Shown: positions 54,580 through 63,090, numbered from the stretch's first letter. The stretch is DNA of 64,000 bases from an uncultured delta proteobacterium (GCA_963810965.1 CAWEPT010000017.1:55741-119740); one strand, 5' to 3'. Made by a program: numbers and translations. Notes: generated from the letters alone by a model not told the origin.

Positions 54580-54785
54580 CTTTCCTCGTATTTTTTGCTC
54601 CAGATGCAGTGAAGATAAAAATGTGTAACCATTATATACATTACAATAAATCCATGACGGATATGGAGTAAGGTCGCTTGATTCGAATTGAACCTGCAAA
54701 CTTTGCAGCTTAAGGGAGGAAAGGCTACATGATGTGCAGGAAAGAGACGCCGGGCTGGTGCATGACGCAGTGAAATGCAATGGGT

Positions 54786-56384
54786 TTATACACTTGTCTT
54801 TCGCAGAAGCAGCTTGAGTTCCTCCAGCGTATCCGCCTCCTCGGGCGGCTTGTCCTTCCACTTCACGATGCGGGGCGAGCGGAGGGTCAGGCCCGATTTG
54901 TGTCGCGCAGACGTCTCGATGCCCTCGAAGGCGATCTCGAAGACGAGCTGCGGACTCACGGAGCGCACGGGTCCGAATTTCTCGAGGGTGTTCTGCCGGA
55001 TGAAGGCGTCGATGCGCCCGATTTCGTCATCGGTGAGCCCGGAGCAGGCCCTGGCCACGGGAACGAGGTCGCCCCGGCGCCAAACCCCGAAGGTGTAGTC
55101 GGTAAAAAGGTTTTCCCTCCCAGCCTGTCCGGGCCGGGCGTAGATGAGGATCGCGTCGATCGTGTGAGGCTCGATCTTCCACTTCCACCAGCTGCCCCGG
55201 TGCCGCCCCGCCTCGTAGGGCGAATCGAGGTGCTTGAGCATGAGCCCCTCGGCTTGCACGGCGCGACACTCCCGGCGCCTCGCCGTCAGATCCTCCCAGC
55301 TTGCATCTTTCAGGATCTCCGACAGGCGGAGGCGTCCCTCAAAGCCGCGTTGTCCGAGAATCCTCTCCAGTTCGGCCCGCCGATTTCGCAGGGGCTCCGT
55401 CCGGATGTCCTTTCCCTGCGACTCGAGGAGGTCGAAGGCCATGAAGATGACGGGAATCTCCTCGAGGATCTTCCGGGTCGGTGACTGGCGCCCGATCCGT
55501 CTTCTGCAGCAGGCTGAAGGGCAGGGGGCTTCCGTCTTTCCAGGGGAGGATCTCCCCGTCGATGACCGTGCCGTCCGGCAGGGTTGCCGCTGCGTCCGCA
55601 AGCTCGGGAAATGTCCGTCCAAGCAGCTCCCCGCCCCGGGACCAGATGAAGGCCATCCCGCCGCGTTTGACGACCTGGGCCCGGATCCCGTCCCGTTTCC
55701 ATTCGGCGCACCACTGGCGCCTGTCTCCGAGGGTCTCGGGCAGCGCGTCGAGCGGGAAGGCGAGCTGGAGCGGGTAAGGGCGGCTCACATCCGCCTCCCC
55801 CCGGTCCGGCGAGAGGAGCCAGCGGAAAAACTCTCCTGTGGGCTCCCAGGCGCTCATGAGCCGGTGCGAGATGACGGTGGCTTCCAGACCGGCGAGCTCG
55901 CCGAGTGCCCGGATGATCGTCTGCCGCGAGATGCCCACACGGAGATCCCCCGTGATCATCTTGTTCCAGACAAGCCGCTGCCTGTCGTCCATCTCCCGCC
56001 AGGTGCCGAGAATGGAGTCCCTGAGGGATGTCTCATCGTCATCCTGCAGCGGCAGAAGCCTCTCCTCCACCGTTGCCCGCAGCCCCAGGGGGCTCGACAC
56101 CCCGTCAGCCGCCGGGAGCAGCAGCGCGATCGTTTCTGCCACATCGCCCACCGCCTCATTGCATTCGTCGATAAGCCAACCCGGTATACCCGCTGCCAAG
56201 GAGGCCCATTCTTTGAGTTTCGCCGTGGGGACAGTGCGCTTGATTTTGTCGCCGATAAGAAACCAGAGGGCCCAGGCCGCATCGTCGGGCGGCGCCTCGG
56301 CAAAGTAGCGCTTCAGCGCCTCGACCTTGCTGCGGTCTTCGTCGTCTCGTCGAGGGTGAAATAAAGGTCGGTAAACCGTTGCAT
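54786..56384 (-). CDS. ATP-dependent DNA ligase (ligase-associated damage-response type) (2 frame changes)
   Basis: ORFs 55339-56391 and 54786-55622. Contains the adenylation motif CAEWKRDGIR, plus EGLMLK and WWKWK. The natural start MQRFTDLYFTLDETTKT (ATG 56384) is out of frame with the body. Confidence 0.85.
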
Positions 56385-56395
56385 AAGACACCGGG

Positions 56396-56501
56396 TTAAT
56401 GGAGTAATGGAATGGTGGAATGATGGGGTTAAGGATACGGGATTCTTTTTATCACCCATTATTCCATCACTCCAATATTCCAGTATTCCATTCTTCCTTA
56501 A
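56396..56501. repeat. Word-repeat hairpin (TAATGGA/GTAATGG/AATGGTG words versus TATTCCA/TCACTCC/AATATTC/CAGTATTCCA)
   Basis: Read directly between the exonuclease stop (56498-56500) and the ligase start. AT-rich. Confidence 0.75.
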
Positions 56502-57499
56502 TCTTCCGTCGTCTCATCGGCTGCAAACCTGGCCTTCAGCGGTTTGGCGTCGATGCCTTTCTCCCGGAGCATGCGCACGACGGGGGAGACAAAACCGTGG
56601 GTGACATGGACCTCTTCGGCCCCCGTTGCCGCGATCGTCTCCATCAGGCCGGGCCAGTCCGCGTGGTCCGAGAGAACGAAGCCGCGATCGACGCCGCGGC
56701 GGCGCCTCATCCCGCGGATGCGCATCCAGCCCGAGGCCAGGGCCGTCGAGCACTCGCCGAACTGCCTCATCCAGGTTGTGCCGCGGGCAGAGGGCGGCGC
56801 GAGGATGATCGCCCGGCTGAAATCACTTTTCTTTGTCGCCTTCTCCACGGGGAGCGTGTTCGGAAGCCCCACGCCGCTCATCCGGTAGCGCCGGTTCATC
56901 TCCTCCACCAGGCTGTGCGTATACACGGGACCCATGGAAGGATCGAGCCCCATGAGGACGCTCTGCGCCTTGCCGAGGACATAGGCCAGGATCACGCTGG
57001 CGCGGCCCGCTTCCTGGTTCGATCTCCACCAGGCACGGATCTCTTCGAAGACACGCGCCGGATCGTCCCAGCGATAGACGGGCAGCCCGAAGGTCGACTC
57101 GGTGATGAAGCTCTGGCATCGAAGAAGCTCGAAGGGCGTGCAGGTGGGGTCGGCCTGGATCTTGTAATCGCCGCTGAAGACCGTCACGTGCCCCCGGTGC
57201 TCGATCCGCACCTGGGCCGAGCCCAGGATGTGGCCGGCGGGGTGCAGCGACAGGCGATAGCCGTTGAGGTCGACGGCCTCCCCGTATTCCAGCAGCTGGA
57301 TCGTGGCCTCGTTTCCCAGGCGTGTCCTCAGGACGTGGCTGCCCTCGCGGGATGCCAGGTAGTGCCCGCACCCCTTGCAGGTGTGATCGGCATGCGCGTG
57401 GGTGATGACGGCGCGATCCACGGGGCCCCAGGGGTCGATGTGGAAGCCGCCGGCCTCGCAGGCAAGGCCCCGCTCTGTCATGCGAAGGGGGAACATCAT
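56498..57499 (-). CDS. Ligase-associated DNA damage response exonuclease (metallo-beta-lactamase/beta-CASP fold)
   Basis: Lies within ORF 56498-57646, starting at ATG 57499. Contains ITHAHADH, ESTFGLP and VLSDHADW. Confidence 0.8.
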   Translation of the reverse strand: MMFPLRMTERGLACEAGGFHIDPWGPVDRAVITHAHADHTCKGCGHYLASREGSHVLRTRLGNEATIQLLEYGEAVDLNGYRLSLHPAGHILGSAQVRIEHRGHVTVFSGDYKIQADPTCTPFELLRCQSFITESTFGLPVYRWDDPARVFEEIRAWWRSNQEAGRASVILAYVLGKAQSVLMGLDPSMGPVYTHSLVEEMNRRYRMSGVGLPNTLPVEKATKKSDFSRAIILAPPSARGTTWMRQFGECSTALASGWMRIRGMRRRRGVDRGFVLSDHADWPGLMETIAATGAEEVHVTHGFVSPVVRMLREKGIDAKPLKARFAADETTED

Positions 57500-57754
57500 G
57501 ACTCGAGTATGGCATAAACCCGCAAACCCTGCAACGGCACATGGGTTTCCGGACGTTTCCCCGTGCCCGCGGCACCCGGAAAATGTGCTTGACAGGCATT
57601 GCGGCGTGGCGATATGTTGCGCCGTGTGGTCTAAGGGGGGGACCATTCTGGAGGGAATAGGGGCCGGTGATCAAGGGTCTGTCAGCGGTTCCCGGTTTTT
57701 CTGTCAGAGTGTCAGCTCCCGGTCATCGAGAATTTTTTAACAGGAGGGAGCACG

Positions 57755-57955
57755 ATGGCGCAGGGAATCGTCAAGTGGTTCAACGAGAAAAAAGGGTTTG
57801 GCTTCATTCAGCAGGACGGGGGCGGTGATCTCTTCGTCCATTACACGGCGATCAAGGCCGCTGGATTCAGGAGTCTGCAGGAGGGGCAGCGGGTCCAGTT
57901 CGAGATCGAGACGACGGACAGGGGCCCGAAGGCGAAGAACGTGGAGATGATGTAA
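57755..57955 (+). CDS. Cold-shock protein (CspA family)
   Basis: 66 aa, with [12 protein letters not shown] (RNP1) and DLFVHY (RNP2). AGGAGG lies upstream. Confidence 0.95.
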   Translation: MAQGIVKWFNEKKGFGFIQQDGGGDLFVHYTAIKAAGFRSLQEGQRVQFEIETTDRGPKAKNVEMM

Positions 57956-57975
57956 GAAAAAAAAGACCCAGAAAC

Positions 57976-58009
57976 AGGCGGTGCCTTCCCGGTGCCGCCT
58001 CTTTATTTT
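57976..58009 (+). terminator. Rho-independent terminator after the csp gene
   Basis: AGGCGGTGCC-TTCCC-GGTGCCGCCT followed by CTTTATTTT. Confidence 0.6.
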
Positions 58010-58143
58010 CCGGGTGCGACCGTCGGCGGGCGCCCGGAAATTTCTGATAGAATTCATGTCGAAAGGCTGATATAAGAAGAAATACTTTCCATCTTACTTG
58101 CATTCATTTTCCATCGCTCATTCTGAAAAGGAGGTGAGATCCC

Positions 58144-58641
58144 ATGGCATCAGCGGCTTTTTTAAAGGAATGTAATGTCTTCGAGGGATTGAACGACGCG
58201 CAGATCGAGAAGCTCGCCGCGATTGCGAAAGAAGAAGCCTATCCGACCGGGGCCCTGCTCTACAAGGAAGGCGACCCCTCGACCCACCTGTATCTGGTCC
58301 AGCAGGGGAAAGTCTTTCTGGAAATGAAATGCGACATGGGACCCACCCGGCCCCCCATGCAGGTCATCATCGACGTGGTGACGCGCCGGGAGGCCTTCGG
58401 ATGGTCCGCTTTCGTCGAGCCCAATCTCCACACCCTGAGCGCTCTCATTGCGGAGCCGACCAAGATGATTGTCTTCGAGGGCGGCAAGATGAGGGCCCTG
58501 ATGGAGGAGGACTGCCAGATGGGTTTCGAAATCATGAAGGGGCTCACCAGGCTGCTCGCCTCGAGGCTCAATCACACCCGGGTGCTGCTCATCGGCGAGA
58601 GGGCCCTGGCGACCCTGACGTCGAACACGGAATACGCCTGA
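58144..58641 (+). CDS. Stand-alone cyclic-nucleotide-binding domain protein
   Basis: Intact 165-aa ORF with a cNMP-binding beta-roll pattern (FEGL...QIEKLA........G..LYKEGD....LYLV..G.V...). No DNA-binding or other output domain follows. Confidence 0.7.
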   Translation: MASAAFLKECNVFEGLNDAQIEKLAAIAKEEAYPTGALLYKEGDPSTHLYLVQQGKVFLEMKCDMGPTRPPMQVIIDVVTRREAFGWSAFVEPNLHTLSALIAEPTKMIVFEGGKMRALMEEDCQMGFEIMKGLTRLLASRLNHTRVLLIGERALATLTSNTEYA

Positions 58642-58700
58642 AAAAAGGCGAGCGGACTCTGAACGAACAAGAGGCGGGGATTGCGGTCCTCGCCTTTTTT
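58641..58700 (+). terminator. Long-range stem AAAAAAGGCGAG...CTCGCCTTTTTT (terminator-like)
   Basis: 12-bp complementary ends flank a 36-nt insert and are followed by a T-run, immediately after the cNMP-binding gene. Confidence 0.4.
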
Positions 58701-58844
58701 CGTCTATCTCGTCTATTCAGTCTATTCGGTCTATTTCGTCGAAAGAATGGAACGATGCGACCATCAATCGGGTTCCGACGAAACGAGACCGAAAAGACTA
58801 GAAAGACCGAACAGACGGAATAGACCGAAAAGACGAGATCAGAC
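58701..58844. repeat. Word-repeat hairpin with 9-nt periodicity (GTCTATNNN x4 versus GACNGAANA x6)
   Basis: 58701-58741 reads CGTCTATCTC GTCTATTCA GTCTATTCG GTCTATTTC GTCG. 58776-58844 reads CGACGAAAC GAGACCGAAAA GACTAGAAA GACCGAACA GACGGAATA GACCGAAAA GACGAGATC AGAC. Confidence 0.8.
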
Positions 58845-58850
58845 CAGAGC

Positions 58851-60849
58851 ATGCTTTCACTCCAGAACATCTCCAAGCAGTACGGCCCCAAGGTCCTCTT
58901 CGAGGGCTTCTCCCTGTTCATCGGCGAGCGCGACCGGATTGCCCTGGTCGGCTCCAACGGGACGGGCAAATCGACGCTGATGAAGATCGTCACGGGCGAG
59001 GTCGAGGCCGACACGGGCGCGATCCACAAGTCCCGCTTCTCGACCGTCGGCTACCTGCCCCAGGAGCTCATCGGGCACGCCGGCCGGACGCTCCTCGAGG
59101 AGACCCTGAAGGCCTTCGAGGATCTGCAGCAGCTCCAGGCTCGCTTTGACGAGATCTCCATGGAGATCCAGGCAAGGACCGCTGCCGGGGAATCCGGCCC
59201 CGAGATCGAGAGCCTGCTTGCCGACATGGGGCGCATCCAGCACCGCATCGAGGACGGCGAGGGCTGGCGGATCGAGGCCAGGGCCAAGGAGATCCTTTTC
59301 GGGCTCGGCTTCGGGGAGTCGGATCTTCACCGGCCCTCGGGGGAGTTCAGCAGCGGCTGGCAGATGCGGATCGAACTGGCGAGGCTCCTCCTGAGGGAGC
59401 CGTCGGTGCTGCTTCTCGACGAACCGACAAACCACCTCGACATCGAATCCCTCGAGTGGCTCGAGGCCTACCTGAAGTCCTACGCGGGGGCCGTCCTGCT
59501 CGTCTCGCACGACCGGCGCTTCCTGGACAACCTGGTCCGTCGCACCGTCGAGATCACCCAGGGGAGGGGGACGGAGTATGCGGGCAACTACTCCGACTAT
59601 CTGCGCGAAAAGGAAACCCGGCGCGGACTCCTCGAGGCGGCCTTCGAGAACCAGCAGAAGATGATCCGCGAGACGGAGCGCTTCGTCGAGCGCTTCCGGG
59701 CCAAGAGCACGAAGGCAAGACAGGTTCAGAGCCGGCTGAAGCGCATCGAGAAGATCGATCTCATCGAGCTCGAGACCGATGAGCAGGAGATCGCCTTCCG
59801 GTTCCCGGCACCGCCCCGGTCGGGCAGGTACGTCCTGCAGCTCGAGGGCGTGGACAAGCGCTACGGAGACACTCGCGTGCTCGACGGGGTCTCGCTCACC
59901 ATCGAGCGGGGGGACCGCGTCGCCGTGCTCGGTGTCAACGGCGCCGGCAAGTCGACGCTGGCCAGGGTCCTGGCGGGCACCGAGCCGATCCAGGGCGGGC
60001 GCCGCACCGAGGGGCACCAGGTCATTGCCTCCTACTATGCCCAGAACCAGGCCGATGCGCTCAACCCCGCGAGGACGGTGCTCGAGAGCGTCGAGGAGGT
60101 GGCGGCCTTCGGCACGGGGGGAAACCTCAGGACCCTGCTGGGTCATTTTCTCTTTTCCGAAGACGACGTGTTCAAGCGGGTGTCGGTCCTGTCCGGCGGA
60201 GAGAAGAGCCGGCTCGCGCTGGCGCGGATGCTCCTGGTGCCGGCCAATTTCCTGATCCTCGACGAGCCGACGAACCACCTCGACCTGCGCTCCAAGGAGG
60301 TCTTGAAGGATGCCCTGCGGGCCTTCGAAGGGACCTTCGCCATCGTCTCCCACGACCGCGACTTCCTGGCCGGCCTCATCACAAAGGTCATTGTGGCAAA
60401 AGATCGGGGGCTTGTGGTCTACCCGGGCTCCGTCGACGACTACCTGCGGATCTGGCACGAGAAAGAGGCCGGGGAGCAAACCGGCAGACAGACCGGAAAA
60501 AACGGCGCCGACCCCGATGCCGGCGAGCAGGAGCGGAAATCAGGGCGAGCGGGAACGCAAGCGCCGCGAGGCCGAGCGCCGCCAGGAGCGCTACCGGAGG
60601 CTCAAACCGCTGAAGGACGAACTCGAGGGCCTCCTTTCCCGGATCGGGCAGATGGAGAAACGCAAGGAGGAGCTGGAATCGATGCTTGCCGACCCGCGGA
60701 CATACGGGGACGCCAGTCAGGCGCGCTCGGCGGGCTCCGAGCACCGCGAGATCGCGCCGGCCCTCGACGCGCTGTATCAGCAATGGTCGGTGGTTCAGGA
60801 AAAGATCGACGCGATTGAGCGGGAGATGACTGAGGCGGGGGAATTGTGA
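58851..60849 (+). CDS. ABC-F family ATPase (two ABC domains, no TM domain) (frame change near 60530)
   Basis: ORFs 58851-60818 and 60310-60849. Two Walker A motifs (GSNGTGKST, GVNGAGKST), two signatures (FSSGWQ, LSGGEK) and a C-terminal coiled coil. Confidence 0.9.
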
Positions 60850-60852
60850 GCA

Positions 60853-60883
60853 TAAAAAAAGGGGAGCCAAAAGCTCCCCTTTC
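60853..60883. terminator. Bidirectional terminator between the ABC-F and HesB-like genes
   Basis: AAAAAAA-GGGGAGC-CAAAA-GCTCCCC-TTTCCC. Confidence 0.65.
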
Positions 60884-60909
60884 CCGTATCCGGTCAAGTG
60901 CCGTGCCGA

Positions 60910-61230
60910 TCAGCCGCACTCACCGCCGCAGCCGCCGCAGCCGTCGGCCTTCTGAAGGCTGGAGGTGATCGCGTAGCCCGACCCGCGGGGTGTCTCGACG
61001 AAATCGACCTTGATGGGTTTCACGTTTTCCAAAAGCGCCTTCTCGATCATGAAGGTCAGCCCGTTCGTGGTGAAAACTTCGTCGCCTTCCTGTGACTCAT
61101 CCAGAGCCATGCCCAGGGAGGGCCCGGCTCAGCCACCCTCGTTGAGGAATATCCTGACGAGGGCTTTCTCGTTGCGTTCCTTGAAAAACGCAACCATCAT
61201 CTCTTCCGCTTTGGGTGTGATTTCAAACAT
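60910..61230 (-). CDS. HesB/IscA-like protein with an in-frame UGA (candidate selenocysteine, codon 34)
   Basis: GGAGGA-N7-ATG at 61230. Reads MFEITPKAEEMMVAFFKERNEKALVRIFLNEGG-UGA(61131-61129)-AGPSLGMALDESQEG..., continuing as ORF 60910-61110 and ending ..ADGCGGCGGECG*. The UGA sits where IscA/HesB proteins carry the GGC Cys. Confidence 0.65.
61106..61128 (-). promoter_or_regulatory. Hairpin immediately 3' of the UGA (candidate bacterial SECIS)
   Basis: The mRNA reads GCCGGGCCCUCCCUGGGCAUGGC. GCCG pairs with UGGC and GCCC with GGGC, around a UCCCU loop. Confidence 0.35.
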
Positions 61231-61310
61231 TTAAATTTCCTCCGGAGAAATTATCATCTTAGATTAATGTGCACACGATTTGTGCCTTGTCAAACGATAT
61301 TTTAGGGGAT

Positions 61311-61379
61311 AGGTAACAGGTGACAGCCGACAGCCAACAGATCCCTTCTATCTGGCTGTAGACTGTAGACCTGTCACCT
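61311..61379. repeat. Word-repeat hairpin (AGGTAAC AGGTGAC AGCCGAC AGCCAAC AGATCCC versus CTGGCTGT AGACTGT AGACCTGT CACCT)
   Basis: Read directly in the divergent spacer between the HesB-like and radical SAM genes. Confidence 0.75.
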
Positions 61380-61416
61380 GAAGCCTCACGTAAGATAGAA
61401 TCCACCAGCTTAGAAA

Positions 61417-62985
61417 TTGCGTTCCGCCGAAGTAAGGAGAGAACCCATCGCCCACTTTCTTCTGATCCACCCCCCCGTCGCCAAGGCCTGTGAGCCGCCG
61501 GGCGGGATTGCGCGGCTGGCCGGCTGCCTGAGGGAGCACGGCGTCGGGTGCACCGTCCTGGATGCAAACCTGGAAGGCCAGCTGGCTTTCCTCGAAGAGG
61601 CGGCCGGACCCGCCAGTCAGAAATTTGACACCTGGACGAACCGGGCCCGGCGCAGGCTCCCGGAGCATCTTGCCCGGCTGAGAAGCCCGGGGCTTTACGG
61701 CCATGTGGACCGGTACCGCCGCTGCGTCAATGACGTCAACCGCCTCCTGGCGCGGCGGGGGCGGCAGGCGGGCCTTTCCCTCAGCCTGGCCGATTACCAG
61801 GACCCCCGGTATTCCCCCCTCAAGTCCGGAGACCTTCTCCGGGCCGCCTGCGAGCATGAATCCAACCCCTTCCATCCCTGGTTCAGTCGAAGAATTGAGG
61901 CCCTCGTCGCCGATAGCAATCCCGCCGTTGCCGGCGTATCCCTGAACTACCTGAGCCAGGCCCTCTGCGCCTTTGCCATGATCGGCTTCATCCGGGAGCG
62001 CTTCCCCCGGCTCGTCATCGTGCTGGGCGGCGGGCTCGTGACGTCGTGGCTCAAGGGAACCGGCGGCCGCAACCCCTTCCCGGGGCTCGTCGACCACTGT
62101 GTCGCCGGCCCGGGGGAGGACTTTCTCCTGGGGCTTGCCGGGGTCGGGCCATGCGGGGAGCGTTTCCACCGACCCGACTACAGCGATTTTGCCTCAGGGG
62201 ACTACCTTGCGCCCGGTCCGATCCTCCCCTACAGCGCCTCCCGGGGCTGCTGGTGGCGCCGGTGCACCTTCTGCCCGGAGAAGGCCGAGGGGCAATGCTA
62301 CCGCCCCGTCCCGGAGGAGCAGGTCCAGGCGGACCTGGGAGCGCTCATCGGGGCGGGGCGCCCGTCCCTCATCCACTTTCTCGACAGCACGATGAGCCCG
62401 CGGCTCCTGGAGCACCTGGCCGATCATCCCCCGGGGGTGCCCTGGTATGGTTTTACCCGGGTGACCCCCAGGCTTGCCGATGCGGATTTCTGCAGGGCCC
62501 TGAAGGCGTCGGGCTGCGTGATGCTGAAACTCGGCCTCGAGTCGGGCGACCAGGGGGTGCTCGATGCCCTCGAGAAAGGGATCCGCGTCGACGAGGCCTC
62601 GCGGGCCCTGAAGGCCTTGAAGGGGGCCGGCATCGGCACCTATGTCTACCTTCTCTTCGGGACCCCGGCTGAGAGCCCCGCGGCGGCGCAGCGCACCCTG
62701 GAGTTTGCAGCAGGACATGCCGATGTGATCGATTTTCTCAACCTGGCGATCTTCAATCTTCCCGCCGGCTCCGACGAGGCGGCCAACCTGTGCGTCCACC
62801 CCTTCTCCGAGGGGGATCTTTCGCTTTACGTCGATTTCGACCACCCGGCGGGGTGGGGCAGACGGGAGGTGCGGGCCTTTCTGGACAGGGAGTTGCGCCG
62901 GCACCCCGCCGTTTCGCCCATCGTGCGGCGCCAGCCGCCGTATTTCACGTCCAATCACGCCCCTTTTATGCTAAATTTTTGTTGA
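61417..62985 (+). CDS. B12-binding-domain radical SAM protein
   Basis: Intact 522-aa ORF; the track start is TTG and the true start is uncertain. An N-terminal Rossmann-like B12 domain is followed by SRGCWWRRCTFCPE, then LKLGLESG. Confidence 0.75.
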   Translation: MRSAEVRREPIAHFLLIHPPVAKACEPPGGIARLAGCLREHGVGCTVLDANLEGQLAFLEEAAGPASQKFDTWTNRARRRLPEHLARLRSPGLYGHVDRYRRCVNDVNRLLARRGRQAGLSLSLADYQDPRYSPLKSGDLLRAACEHESNPFHPWFSRRIEALVADSNPAVAGVSLNYLSQALCAFAMIGFIRERFPRLVIVLGGGLVTSWLKGTGGRNPFPGLVDHCVAGPGEDFLLGLAGVGPCGERFHRPDYSDFASGDYLAPGPILPYSASRGCWWRRCTFCPEKAEGQCYRPVPEEQVQADLGALIGAGRPSLIHFLDSTMSPRLLEHLADHPPGVPWYGFTRVTPRLADADFCRALKASGCVMLKLGLESGDQGVLDALEKGIRVDEASRALKALKGAGIGTYVYLLFGTPAESPAAAQRTLEFAAGHADVIDFLNLAIFNLPAGSDEAANLCVHPFSEGDLSLYVDFDHPAGWGRREVRAFLDRELRRHPAVSPIVRRQPPYFTSNHAPFMLNFC

Positions 62986-63074
62986 AAATTTCGGAAAAAG
63001 ACTACAGAGTGTGGGCGGATTTCCCGATCTTGATTGCGTATCTCCTCTAAATAAATGGATAAAAAGGGGAAAAG

Positions 63075-63090
63075 CGGCAAATTCCTTGCA
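63075..63090 (+). promoter_or_regulatory. Sigma54-type -24/-12 promoter candidate upstream of the histidine kinase
   Basis: CGGCAAATTCCTTGCA. GG (63076-63077) and GC (63088-63089) are offset by 12 nt, with GGCA and TTGCA boxes. It lies about 115 nt upstream of ATG 63205. Confidence 0.5.

Noticed and set aside
58701-58844. Tandem short repeats (also at 139-166, 5700-5783, 56396-56501 and 61311-61379) considered as CRISPR arrays.
   Set aside because: The units are 7-9 nt long and contiguous, with no spacers. The arms are mutually complementary. No cas genes are present.
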